Below, piece after piece: positions 24,193-37,552 of a stretch of DNA of 64,000 bases. How positions within the stretch are numbered: the stretch's first letter is position 1; each line of letters opens with the position of its first letter. Location: the NCBI GenBank assembly GCA_964276515.1, contig OZ193909.1, forward strand, positions 19,158,001 through 19,222,000, written 5' to 3'. The position numbers and the translations under genes were made by a program. This DNA is from Gordius albopunctatus (Eukaryota). The notes under the pieces were generated by a model. The model saw nothing but the letters and a program-made list of their open reading frames with translations. It was not told the DNA's origin and did no database searches.

Positions 24193-27100
24193 AACGACGG
24201 TCCCAAGTCCGTGTGCAAAAAGTGGAGGGTTGGCGTCAGGTCGGAAACCGGCTATAAAAATCAACTCCAAAATTTATGATAGTTTCAAACGAGATTTTAC
24301 AAGAAAAGGCTAGGGCGTCCTCCACAAACGACGCGCACTGCATACCCCGCCCGTGCAATGTGAAAAATACACTAGGGTTACTGCCCAACTCACAACTAAG
24401 GCGGTTAAGGAAACTAGTTGTGGAAAGAATGCGAATTACGTGCTGGAATGTGGGAACGTTGACGGGGAAGAGCATCGAGGTCGCACAGATGTTAAAAAGA
24501 AGAAAGGTACACATCGCCTGCCTACAAGAGACGAGGTGGAACGGAACGAAAGCTCGGGAATTAGGAGAAGGATACAAGCTTTTCTACAGTGGGTCACCAA
24601 ATCGTAGAAACGGGGTCGGTATCGTTCTAAGCGAATCGTTCAAGGACAAGGTGGTGGAAGTAAAGCGTTGTCCCGACAGGCTAATGTGGGTGAAGATTGC
24701 AGATCAAGGGGGCCTCCTAACCGTTATGTGCGAGTATGCTCCCCAAATTGGGTGTTAGGAATCAGAGAAAGACATATTCTTCGAATCATTGGAAAAGGTA
24801 ATACAAGGAATCCGACAGGAAGAAAAGCTAATTATTGGGGCCGATTTCAACGCTCACGTAGGGAAAGATCGCCTCGGGTATGAACGCAATTATGGAGGCT
24901 ATGGGCATGGTCTGAAGAACAAAGAAGGGGAAAAACTTCTCCAAGTATCCCAAGCATATGACATGGCGATCGTTAACACCTATTTTCAAAAGCGCGAAGA
25001 TCATATTGTGACCTATAGAAGTGGGAAGCATTTTAGTCAAATCGACTATTTGCTTATACGGCGAAAGGACTTATGGAGTATCAAGGATTGCAAAGTAATA
25101 CCGGGAGAAGAAATCGCCAGGCAACATCGTCCCCTTGTTATGGATCTTGACAGAAGAGTATTTTCCGAAAGAAGAAAGGTATATGAACCTCGAATTCGAT
25201 ACGAAAGGCTAAAGGATACGTCGAAGAAACGAAGAATACCATCAAAAAGCCTCCTCACTCTTGGGTGCAAGGAAGTTGCAAAGGGACGTAGACGAAGATT
25301 GGGAGACGCTATCTAAGGACATTAAGGAAACAGCGATTCGTGTTCTAGGACAGACCAAAGGAGGCAAAGCTATGAATAGGGAACTATGGTGGTGGGATCA
25401 ATCGGTTAAAGAATTCATAGAAAGAGAGAAAAATCTATATAGACGGTGGCATAAATCAAAAAAGTCGAAGGATTATCAAGAGTACAGGGACGCAAAGAGG
25501 GCCGCAAAAAAGGCCGTTGCAAAAGCGAAGAATGCTGCGTACACCGAGATGGCAAAGAAACTGGATCATAAAGGGGGCGATAGGCTTATGTACAAATTGG
25601 CCAAGATAAGGGAGAAGAAAAGTCGTTACGGAGTTCTTAAAATAGTCAAAAGCGAGAAGGGTCAAACCTTATTCAAGCCGAAGGAAGTGATGGAAAGGAT
25701 ATTTTAAGAAACTTATGAATATTGCAAATGACAAGGATTCCCTTCCCGAAATTGAGCCAAATATAAGTATGGTCGAACTCTTACAGAAGGATGAAGTTAG
25801 GACACAAATGAACAAGATGCAAAAAGGAAAAGCAAATTGCCCAGATGGAATACCTATGGAAGCATTGCTCGGATGTCGTGAAGAAGGAGTCACCAGCACC
25901 ACCATGACGAACCTCCTTAACAAGATATTGGTAGAAGAGCGAATCCCTAATCAATGGAGAGCAAGCACGATTATACCCTTATTCAAAGGAAAAGGAGACC
26001 CTCAGGACTGCGGCAATTACAGAGGTATCAAGCTAACTTGCCACTCCTTGAAGCTTATGGAAAGAATCATAGTAACAAGGCTGAAAAACGAGGTGAAAAT
26101 ATCGGCTAATCAATTCGGATTCGTGTCCGGCAAATCCACAATCGACCCAATCTTCGCCCTAAGACAAATGATGGATAAGTATGGTGAAAAGAGGAAAGAC
26201 CTACATATGGTTTTTATCGACTTGGAGAAAGCTTACGGTCCCTCGCGATTTAATATGGTGGTGCCTGAGGAAACAAAATACCCCTGACGCATATATACGG
26301 CTTATGAAAAATATCTATGAAGCCTCAAACTCTTGCGTTAGGACGACAGTTGGAGACTCTAAACCTTTTCGGGTTAATATTGGATTACATCAAGGCTCTG
26401 CTTTAAGTCCTTTTTTATTTAATATAATTATAGACACGATAACGAGGGACTTTCAAAAGCCATCGCCATGGTGTATGCTATATGCCGATGATATAGTACT
26501 ATGCGAGGAAACAAGAGAGAAGGTATTCGAAGAAGCAGAAAAGTGGTCAAAGCGCTTAGCTGGATATGGTTTAAAAGTCAACGATCGAAAAACGGTATAC
26601 ATGGAAATGAAGGGTACAAGTAACCCATCGCTGGATGACCACCTAAAGTACCCAAAAGTAGACAGGTTCTCGGCTCTATGCTACATCAAGAGGGAGGTTG
26701 CGCAACTGAAATCAATGCCCGGATTCAAAAAGGATGGCTTAAATGGCGAAGTATATCCGGTGTAATGTGCGACAAAAAAATGCCAATATGGTTGAAGAGC
26801 AAAGCTTACAAATCCATCGTAAGACCGGTGTTACTCTATGGAAGTGAAACATGGGCATTAAACACCACGGAAGGAAAGCTATTACAAGCCACGGAGATGA
26901 GAATGATACGATGGAGCTTGGGGTATACTAAGCTCGACCATATGACGAATGACTTTCTCATGACAAAAATGGGTATTCAACCTATGGCGGACATGATTAA
27001 CGAAAATCGGCTAAGGTGGTATGGGCATATACTAAGAAGGGACCCGGATGACGTAAATCGAAAAGTGCTAGACATGAAAATACCGGGGAAGAGAGGAAGA

Positions 27101-27255
27101 GGACGACCCCGTGTCACGTGGAAAAGGCAAGTCGATAAAGTTATGGAAACTAAAGAGATTCGTCAAGAAATGGCACTCACTCGGTCAAGATGGAAGAAAC
27201 TTATGAAAACAAACCCCACCAATGTGGGACCAAATAACTGATAAAGAAGAAGAAG
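24193..27255 (+). mobile_element. Near full-length RTE-clade LINE nested in the MULE, defective
   Basis: APE and RT split by frameshifts/stops across ORFs 24276-27241; (GAA)n tail; starts within a 5'-clipped twister (AACGACGGTCCCAAGTCCGT...AGTGGAGGG). No clear TSD. Confidence 0.93.
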
Positions 27256-27479
27256 ATATAAGCGAGTCTCGAACTCGCAAACTAAGTTGGAGGAGCTTGC
27301 AACGTAGAGCGTGGACCTATAGAGTTACAAGAAAATGGTTTTTTTTGTTAATATATTAATAGCAAAAATCTTTTTCCTAAAACTATACTTCCCTTTGGCG
27401 CTACTTTCAAATTTAACTTGATGAACATGGAACCTAGATTCTCAGGATATTAGACTCTTGATCCTTATGAATCTGATAG

Positions 27480-29220
27480 TAGGGAAGAAGTTGTTAAGGA
27501 CAAATAATCAAACGTAGACGTACGAATATCATTTGGCAAAAGGTTGCCACTTATGAAAAGGCTGAAGAAGAAAGAAATATGTCGAGGATGACTGGGGGCT
27601 ATGGTATAAAAACAACAGTGAAGAGGGTACAAAAGTGTATCACAGGTTAAATATTATGACTTATATAATCATTTTTAAGGTGCAACAAAGTTAAGTGTAG
27701 AAGGCCACAATGTGCAGCTCGAATATATATATTATATGAATTTATATCAGATAAAGTTATTGTATACACACCAACTTCATCTCATACTCATACCGAAAAT
27801 ACTGACAAGCTTAAAATAAATAATGAAATTAAAGATGAGATAAAAAAACTGTTTGATTTAGGCCTCAAGCCTAAATCTATTATGCATAATCTCAACAAAA
27901 TGAATTATAATATTTCATTGGCTCAGCTAAAAAATACATTAACTGCATTGAGAAGAAATAAATATGGTGTGTCAACAATTACCTTTAATGTCTATATTGT
28001 ATCTTACATGGTGTCATACGAAGATTCCAATTTCAAATTTTTCATGTTAACAAAAAGGTATTTAGTTATTTATAATCTGTTAGTTTTAGGCTTTTATTAA
28101 ACAGTCAGTTTTCAGATATATTGCATGCCGATGCAACATACAAAATAACCTGGCAGGGTTATCCATTATTAATAATTTGAACAACTGACTATGATAGGCA
28201 TTTCCATATTTTGGGAATGTCTCAAAGTGTTAATGAAAAAGAAGAAGATTATATATTTTTATTTAACACTTTAATTAATGGAGTTAAATCTATTAATAAT
28301 ACAACTCCCAAGTGGGATGTATTAATTACAGATGGGGCAATTTCCATACATAATGCATTTAAATCTGTCTATGGAAAAGACACAATTGGCATTTGTTGGT
28401 CTCACGTCCGTAGAAATATAGAAAAAAAGGTAAATATATTATTGTTAACTATTTTATGATCAGGTTATGCTAGCTGATAAAATATACCAGAAAGAAATTT
28501 TAGATGATATAAATACATTACAATTGTCTCAAAGCACTAAGGTCTTTGAAAAGGCCTCCAATTTATTCTTGGAAAAATGGTCATCTAAAGCCTCAAAGTT
28601 TTGCGAATATTTTTATAAAGAATGGGTTTATAAAAATGATACATGGTATGAAGGATATAGACATTATACCCCTAGTACCAATAATGCCCTGGAATCAACT
28701 AATCGTTTAATAAAAGATGAATTTACGTTGAGGGAATGGATGCCAATCAATAGGTTCAAAGTGGTAGCAATTGACATGATCTAAACATGGTCATGCGAGT
28801 ATAAACATTCAAAAAGATTCATTAAATCACCAACTATCAATTTAAAGCTATGGACTCAGAGCTACCAATTTGCTAATTTTAATGGGCACTGCCTATCAAA
28901 AAAACAACTCGGGATTATAAATGAAAAAGATATTAGCAATGTCAAAAATCTAAACTTCAAAACATTTGATGAATTCAAGACGAGGAATTTTAAGCTATGG
29001 CTCTGTCAATTACCCAATGATTCCACAAAATGGTTTGAGGGTAAATGTAATTGTCCAGTGTTTTTTAAACACTGCATTTGCAAACAAACATATAGTGATT
29101 TGGTTTGGCAATTAAATTGAAACTTTGCATACCACCTAAAGAAGCTAAGTGTGTGCCTTTAGGGCAAAAAAGAAAAAGGGCAGACCCTCAAAAGCCAAAT
29201 CAGCCTTCATTGTTGAATAA
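27480..29220 (+). pseudogene. MULE transposase relic with SWIM zinc finger
   Basis: HADATYKITWQGYPLLII, VLITDGAISIHNAF, ICWSHVRRN, WYEG..PSTNNALESTNRLIKD and CNCPVFFKHCICK; interrupted by stops and probable introns. Confidence 0.85.
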
Positions 29221-30110
29221 GGTTGCTCCATCAAAAAGTGTTCACTATGTATATCTATTTAAAATTATTTATGTTTATATTGTCAACAAAATATGTTCAT
29301 TATGCATTTGTATTTCAAATAATTTATGTTTATACTATAATAAAAATTTCAAAAATTCATTAGATGTAAATTTATGACATATGCATAGTAACATTAAGAG
29401 GAAGGGCAATGTATATTATCAAGCCTCCAAACTACTTATTTTAGCTAAAATAAATAAGTGCTTAATTTTATTCACAAACTAAATTTTTTATATAAAAAAC
29501 ATAAAATCAATGATAATTTAATTATTCGTTATTGAGTTATACACTGTGTATTTTTTTAATTTAGCATCTAAATATTATAGAAAAATTTGTAAAGATTATT
29601 AGGCATATTTTAAAATAATATATTTTTTCAACCAATCAATTCTATTGAAAACTAAGTTGTGTTTTGATTACTGAGCAATGCTCAAAAACGACTTATCAAT
29701 TTAAATTATTAAGCAATTTTATTAAATTATTGAGGTACTGAGCAATGTTATTAAATTACTGAGCAGTGCTCAAAAATTACTTATAAATTCAAATTATTAA
29801 GCAATTTTATTAAATTATTGACGTGCTGAGCTATGTTATTAAATCACTGAGCAATACTCATTGCTACAAAATTACTGAGAAATATTATAAAATTCCTAGG
29901 CAAGGCTATATAATTACTGAGCAATTTATTGTTAATTAACTGTGCAATTTTATTTAATTACTGAGCAATTTATTATTAATTAACTGTGCAATTGTGCATA
30001 TTTTACTGCGCATTTTTTAATTTCTTACTGTGCACTTAAATAACATCCATTTAATTTGTCACTAACCCTCCTCCTAAATTATAAATAACCCCATCTCATC
30101 CATAGTAAAA

Positions 30111-30494
30111 TCAAATTAATCCAACAAAATGGAATTTATCAATTATCTTACATTCTTCTAATTTTTTTATTATCTGGTCCACCATTGCCAATTTTTTGGC
30201 GGTCTTTAATTTAAATTTATCGTCGTTGATGTTAAAACTAGTGAATTTAGGTCTCTTCATAATAAATTCATGTTTGTTTAAACCGCTGACTTGAATTTTT
30301 ATAATTTTTTGCCCCGATAGGGCTTGTCTTAGTATCGGAGTTTGCTGAGCATCAAAAATCGTTTTACGGGTTATAACATCATAGCCGTGTCTTAACTTCG
30401 AATTCACAGCAGATTTACATTTGAGACGGTTCACATAACAGCGTTTAATCTCAAGAGTTGAAATAAACAAGAAAAAAACGTTTTTAACTATCAC
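30111..30494 (-). other. Possible exon or pseudogene fragment of unknown product
   Basis: 127-codon stop-free frame with protein-like composition in very AT-rich DNA. An upstream ATGGCG at 30574 could be linked only via a 32-nt intron and an in-frame TGA. No family recognised. Confidence 0.25.
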
Positions 30495-31194
30495 AAAACA
30501 AAATATTAATAATTACAACCGAGTTTGACACATCAAATTGAATCGGATATTTGATAAAGATAAATTGGCGCCATTTGAATCTGAATCCGATATTAAGACA
30601 TGCCCTTAGACATCTTTGATATTCAAAAATTTTCTAAATTTCATTTCGCATTTTTAAAGAATAAAACTAATTAATAATTGATTAACTCAAATTATCGTCA
30701 CAATTTTTTTTGAATTTCATTTAATTTAAATAGTGTAAGTTTTATAAACAATATTTTAAAAGAGATTTGTTTGATTTAGGTTTCTATTCACACTTACAAT
30801 ACCGATAAAAATATTTTAGGTAAAAAAAGATTTGCTGATTTAAAACAATTTTGTATAAGAAACTGGGGTTAGAATTTATTTTAAATATCACTTGAAGGGA
30901 GGCTAATGCTGCTTGGCCTGGAAATATCGACAAATATTCACAATTTGTTGTATCTCTGTCTTTGGGTATTATTATATCTCATTGACTAATAAATATTATA
31001 TTATACATTTCTATTTTAACACATACTTTTAAGATAGATTGTATCACAACAACTAGAATTTAGATCATTTAATTATGGGAAAAATCATTAAAATTTTAAC
31101 AAATTTATTCACATATTAAATTATAACAATAATTGACTAATAAAATGCATTATTTAATCAAATGTATTAATTATAAAGAATTATATTAATACCA

Positions 31195-31382
31195 ATGTGG
31201 GCATAGCCAGCATTGCAATTAGAAGAGGGGCAATGATGATTTAGGAAGGGGCAAAATGATCATTTTTTGAAATTTTTGACAAAATATTAATAAATTTTAA
31301 TAAATTTTAATAAATTTTAACAAATTTTAGGATTTTGAGGTGGCCGCCCTCCCTGCCCCCACCCCCTTGGCTACGCTCATGA
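31195..31382. mobile_element. Short MITE of the CATGGGCGTAGCC-TIR family (related copies at ~33904-34038, 34900-35061, 38805-39140 and 43742-43919)
   Basis: Degenerate TIRs ending TGGCTACGC(T/C)CATG with subterminal G-runs and C-runs; 31195-31382 and 34900-35061 align closely. Confidence 0.65.
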
Positions 31383-34300
31383 TGATCGTATCATCTAAAG
31401 TACTTATAAAATTCTATTTCATTTTAAATCTAGTTTTGTCCTATTTTGGGTCAATTCAAGATGTTAATAAACAAAAAATGTATTTTACTTGTTTCCAAAA
31501 TTTTCACCTTTAAATTATAATGAATTTGAGCAAATAGATATACTAATTTCATCATAAACATAGGGGTATCCTTATCAATATTTTTCATATTAAAAGGTTT
31601 CCTTAAAATCTCTCATATCTCACGATATAAAGAATATAAATGCCGAAATATATAAATAAGACAGAGTAAGACCATCAAAACATGGATCAAAAAATTTACA
31701 GATATTTCAATAGGCGTGGCCAGATTTAGATTAGGGGGGGGGGTGGTGCGGCAAAGGATGAATTCTTTTTAATTTTTAAGGGTTTTTGCATTAAAAATGT
31801 TTTTTGACGCCAATGGATATTTTATAACCAATCGCAAGGGAAAAATAAGATCTTTTCAAAATCTTATTAGTTACAAAATATAACAGTTTTAATAACCCCC
31901 GACCTGTGCCTTCCTCTCTAGGTATGCTTTCTAGCCTTACCTTACACTAAATACTTCATGCTCCGTTAAAAAATGCACAATTTAAAAGTAACGACAAACC
32001 GAATATTATGAATTATCCTAAAAAACATTGTTGTTTACAACCCTTAAAAATATAAATATTCAGCGAGTGGTACCCCGTCGCTTGCAAGCCCTTCAATTGG
32101 CGTGGGATAGTAGAGAAGGACCCTCAATCTTTGTGTAAATGATAACAGCAGCGGTCCATTTGTCAAAAATTTGACACCTTTTAAGAGGTCGCGTTGGGTG
32201 ATGGATGGTGGTGACACAATGAATTGGAAATGTCAGGCTAAGCGAGTCATTTGTCGTCGGTCACCATTTTGAATTGTGCAATTGAAACGTCAACAACTAC
32301 CCTTTCTAAGTATTGCTGAGAGAGAGGACAAAGCGTCTATCTCGAAAGAAACTTTAGGAGAGGACGACACGACGATACAGGTGGGAATAAATTATTATTA
32401 TACAACTTCCAAAAATTTGGAGGCCCGTATCATGCTAGGTGGGAAATTAAATTAACACTTCATTGGTTAAGTGGGGTCCTAGAGACCCCAAGCCATTTAT
32501 AAATATAATTATACAATTAAATCAATAACGGAATTTTATAGCAATTTATACATGTCAAATTTGGAAATCCCATATTTAACCCAATTGCAATATTAAGGTC
32601 AGATTGGCTAAATTCAATAATTGGGCCTAACTTTTAATGCTCAAAAGAGTAATAATCGAAGATACCACCTTATAAAAAATAATCTATTTTTTATGATTTC
32701 AGCTAGTTTATATCACAAAATAAGTTATAACTGCCTTCATGGTCGTAGCCAAGGGGGCCCCGCTCTAAAGCCAGAAATTATAATTATGCCTTAAATCCAT
32801 TTATTATTTTTATAAACAAAAATTACATATTTTGTGAGGGCGAGATAAATAATTTAAAAAAAAAGTAAGAATAAATTACTATTTTGACCCTTAAGCATTA
32901 TTGCCCCCCTCTGGTTCAAATCCTGGCATGATTGCTTCTTTCATAGTGACAAAAGTATTAACAATCGATACCTTTGAATTTATATTTTTGGCAGCATTTA
33001 AACTTTTAACAAAGGTCCTTTAAAATAAAATAGTTTTTCACGACTTTTAAGTCTAATAGTATATTTGACTTTTGATTTTATCAATTTCAAAGTACAAATA
33101 TACTATACCCTACTCTAATATCTCCTATTTCACCCCTCGACTCAATGATAAAAATTGTAAAATGGGTGCAAATTAATGTTGCCTAATTGCAACACATGGT
33201 GTCTTGTCCATCCTGCTGAACTAGGTGTTGGACAATTGTCACATATGTCACTTATGTCACCATTGTTCATCAGCCCCGACACACTTATAATTAACAACAC
33301 TGTAGAATACTCTTTTAAAGATTGTTCTTTTGACAACACAAAAGATTCAACCTTTAATAAAGGATTAGTGAAGTGTTTTAAGCGTTATCGAGTTGCAATA
33401 ACATTTATGCAAGGGCGTGGCATATTGTGACCTTGGGGGGTAATTTGCCCCCCTCCCCCGCTTTCCTTTAGGTGAAAAGTTAAGAGAGATGACTTAATTA
33501 CAAACCTCTTTAATATTAAATTACCCAAAGTCTGGACTAAATGTTCTTTTATAATATGTCACACATTCATGTGATGTACAGCATCATGCTGAGACGTTAA
33601 AACAATAAAAAAATTTATAACCATTCTATTATACACATTGCCCTGAAATTGAAGTTCAATATAGTTGGACATATGTTTCATCACCTATATTAAAACAAGT
33701 TATATCTTTTAAAATGCGTTGTTATAATAAAGAAAGCCTAATAAATAAAATACAAAAATGTACTATTATCATATTACAGTGTTGTCGTTAAAATTTATTG
33801 GTAATTAGATAAGTATTATTATTTAATTTTGTACATTTCTTAAAATCAAAATGATCTTGTTTTATGATAAAAGCTTTAATCCTTTATAAATAAATTAAAT
33901 AACCATGGGCGGAGCCAGGGGGGGGCAGGGAAGGGCAGCTGCCCCCTCTAAATCTATAAATTCTTTAAAATTTCGTATTGGCGAAAATTTCGAAAAATTG
34001 ACATTTTGCCCCCCCCCCCCATCCTAGCTACGGCTATGGGGCGAAACCTATTTGGTTTGTTTATGTTTAGCCGACCCCTGACTTAGTCGAAATGTGAAGA
34101 ACAGACCAGAGTAGACTTAGTATAAATGTTTTAATTTTAACAAAAATAGGAATTGTCATTGATATCTTTGTAAGGAGGTTGATTTAGTTAGATGCAAAAA
34201 AAGGCTGCGAGCAGGTCAGTGTTATTTTAACTCCGGTATTTTAACAAAGAGGAATATTAAAAGGTTTTTCTTCCAATGTTTAAGAAACTTCGAATTAATA

Positions 34301-36236
34301 AATTTACACCAAAGCATACACGAAGTAATTTTTCTAAAAAATTATAAAATTTATTTTTTGAAATTTTCCGGGAATCATGATTTTTACGCTCAAATTCAAA
34401 AAATATTAACTATTAAAAGGAACATTTATTTTATTATTTCTACTATATTAAAAATTCGTAATTAATATTTTAATTTAATTAATATTGGCTTCTACAAAGG
34501 AAAAAACTGTGTATTTTATAAACATTTTATGTAATATATCTTATCCTATAATATCAGGGCGGTCATCTTCAAAGAGTTCTTTCATAAATGACCTCTTCTA
34601 TGTCATTTAGTCAATAGGATAGAATTAAGGTTTCCCCTTTAATTCACATAAAATACATAATAAGAATCTTTAATTCCGCTAAGCAAACTGTTACAATTTA
34701 AATCCGACCCATCTGTTGTCATATTTTGAAAAGGTCATTCTTCTGTCCAAGACGACAACAATCCCTTCGTGTCTTTTCTGTTTAATTTTAAAATAACTAT
34801 TTTGACTTTAACATGTTAAAATTAACTACTTTCCTATGATAACATGTTGTTATTTTAGGTAAAAAAATTATTATTGTTTCGAAATATATTGTTTAGATAA
34901 ATGAGTGTAGCCAGCATTGAAATTAGAGGGGGGGCAATAATGATTTAAGGAGGGGCAAAATGATGATTTTTTAAAATTTTAGCCATATTTTAAATAAAAT
35001 TTGACAAATTTTTGGATTTAGAGGGGGGGCAGCCTGCCCCCTCCCTTTGGCTACGCCCATGTTTTGATATATTGAATAGGTATCGTACTTATTTGCTTTT
35101 TGTTTCTCACTAGCGCTCGATATAATGGCACTCATAAGATTTTCTTGGAAAATAATTTAATTTTTGATGGATGCATCATATATATAAAAAAATTATTGCC
35201 ATTTAAATGGACAAACTGTTTCATCTAGTCAGACTCAAGAAGCGAATCTCGTATGTATGTCGTATGTCAGTCACTTATAACGCTAATTATGCAATTCCTC
35301 ACAGATTTGAACCTATAGGGGGGGGGGAGGCATTGATTATATCCGCCCGATTTAACAAATTTACACAACGCAAGGCATCGTGTTGAATTGAAGATATGAA
35401 TGACAACGGAGGGGGCCATGTGGTGTTAAGGACAATCCTTTCAAAAGCTCTATGCCATTTACTAGGTGCTATGATGATTTATTTAACGTGTCATATTTTT
35501 GAAAGCAGGCCGACCGCTGAGCTGCGCAATCAATGAGGCGTTCCAATAAATGCCAAAGCCTTCCTCCCCCCTTCTCTTCAATTAGGAGAGGTGTTTACAC
35601 TTGAATTCAGTATTACACCCGTTTGTCACTACTTTTATTAGCTATATGGACATTAAAAAAAACTATTATACGGGCTATTTTTCATTTTTTTCAAAGTTAT
35701 TATACTTATAGATTAAATTAGAGGGCGATGGTGGAAGTCTAGCGTGGGGCCTAGATGTGCTAGCTAAGTGACTTTTGGTGATAATAACATAATGTTTCCA
35801 CTTTCAACAGGGGTGGGTGTCTTTATCAGCTTCATTAAGCAGCAGCACTTGTTAATACAAACCCCTCTCGTATTAGTATGTCATCTCAGTTCTCATCTCA
35901 GTATAAACAACATTTAGCGCAAAACCTGACGTGGACTGCTGAGGGTTAAGGGATGCCAGACTGTGTTATTATTCTAAGGGTCGGTTTAGTAGTCTCGAAT
36001 AATATTTTTATGCTAAAAAACGGGATGAAATTGTCGATAAAGTGTGTAAATCATTTAAACTCTTTCACCATAGATAGTTGCGTCCTCCTCACTGTATACG
36101 CGTTCTCCTGACTTTTCGTTCCCATCTTTTGTATGCTATTGTAACATACCGCGACACTTACAATGAGGAGGCGCATGATTGCCACCACAATTAACAGTCC
36201 AACAACCGTCTTGTCCCCCATACAGTTCCCTCCCTC

Positions 36237-36246
36237 TATATATAAA
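36237..36246 (+). promoter_or_regulatory. TATA box of the bHLH gene
   Basis: TATATATAAA about 70 nt upstream of ATG 36314. Confidence 0.5.
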
Positions 36247-36313
36247 TGCGTAAGATTCGAGATATACCCATAACAAAAATATTTTTCCATAAGTCAAAAC
36301 CTAAACTTTGATC

Positions 36314-37552
36314 ATGACAACTAATTTAAATTCGTACTCTACTTCCAAAATACCTCAAATATCCTGTCACCAGATCCGAGAAGCGCCTAGCAATCAAAAT
36401 TTAACTCAAGGTCCCACCGCTAAAAGTCTGTCGATTTCTACGAACAATATTAGTGCAGAGGAGATTGATGCTGACGAAAGCGAATATAATAATGCTGATT
36501 TTCACTTAACTTTAGATCCAATTTTGGATTCTTTGAATGGTGAGAGTAGGTGGGGGAGAGGGAGTGTTGACGATTTGGAACCTTATAAAGTACCGCGACA
36601 AAATAGACGGGACCTACAATCACCAAATTCATCTACTACAACCAGTCGATATTACAAATGTGGCAGGGTCCTAAACCCGGACGAACAACAAACAATAAGG
36701 TTGAAAGTTAATTCGCGTGAACGGAAAAGGATGCACGATTTAAATTCTGCCCTCGATGGTCTGAGGGAAGTTATGATTCCTTATTTCAACGGGATGAGTC
36801 AAAAGACCTCGGCTAAAAAAGGAGCTAACTCTGAAGCTTCAACGCTCAGTTCTAACAAATCCTCTCCCCCTCCCAGTAACAGAGGTCAAATCAGGAAATT
36901 GTCCAAAATATCAACGCTCCTACTGGCTCGAAATTATATCCTCATGCTTACGTCCACTTTGAAAGAACTTAAAAAGCAACTGCCCGACGACCTCCCTAAT
37001 CTAGATGAACTTATGGTCGGGTTTAACGATAAAACTTTAGCTAAAAGAATCCCAGAATCCTCTAAAATTAACACGAAAGATCAGAATCTCATGTTAGAGA
37101 GGGGTAATTTGGATGAACAAACACCACTGGAAGATAATAGCAAAAACCAAAGCGGTGAAAGTTTGGAAACCACCGCATCTCATGTAAAGTGTAAAAGTAA
37201 AGATTATTCGATATCAGCCCTCATTGGGAGTAACAATCTAACAACATCCTCGACAAAATCTTTTAAAAGATTAAGACCGTGGGAAATCTCTGAACCCGAT
37301 AAATTTTTTCAGGCCCCCAAAACGATCTCAACAAATTGCAAAGACAAATCAACCACCATCAAACAAACCTATGGAAATCCCTATTTCAACGTATACAATA
37401 ATCCTTCTTATTACCCAATATTGCCCCAATTTTATTTGCCGCACCCTCCGTTTCCTTGCCCTCAAATATTTGGGCAAAATGCGTTCATGCCATCTAGAAC
37501 CAATTTAAATTTATCCACAAATTCATCATCCGTCCTCGAAAAGATGCTTTAA
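36314..37552 (+). CDS. Olig/bHLHb5 (Oli-like) bHLH transcription factor, single exon, ~412 aa
   Basis: [30 protein letters not shown]...[19 protein letters not shown] is diagnostic of the Olig/bHLHe22-23 family. First ATG at 36314; AATAAA at 37622-37627. Confidence 0.92.
   Translation: MTTNLNSYSTSKIPQISCHQIREAPSNQNLTQGPTAKSLSISTNNISAEEIDADESEYNNADFHLTLDPILDSLNGESRWGRGSVDDLEPYKVPRQNRRDLQSPNSSTTTSRYYKCGRVLNPDEQQTIRLKVNSRERKRMHDLNSALDGLREVMIPYFNGMSQKTSAKKGANSEASTLSSNKSSPPPSNRGQIRKLSKISTLLLARNYILMLTSTLKELKKQLPDDLPNLDELMVGFNDKTLAKRIPESSKINTKDQNLMLERGNLDEQTPLEDNSKNQSGESLETTASHVKCKSKDYSISALIGSNNLTTSSTKSFKRLRPWEISEPDKFFQAPKTISTNCKDKSTTIKQTYGNPYFNVYNNPSYYPILPQFYLPHPPFPCPQIFGQNAFMPSRTNLNLSTNSSSVLEKML

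Larger units (their letters stand above)
23936..30048 (+). mobile_element. Mutator-like (MULE) DNA transposon with long repeat-array TIRs, interrupted by an RTE insertion
   Basis: 9-bp TSD ATTTAATTT at 23927-23935 and 30049-30057. The left arm carries TGCNCAGTAAA repeats and the right arm carries inverted TTACTGNGCA repeats; transposase relic inside. Confidence 0.85.

Noticed and set aside
30520..30574. In-frame TGA suggesting selenocysteine
   Set aside because: Requires an unusually short 32-nt intron; no SECIS or selenoprotein motif recognised.
32080..36230. Less AT-rich non-coding patches upstream of the Olig gene as possible enhancers
   Set aside because: Plausible but cannot be supported without conservation or chromatin data.
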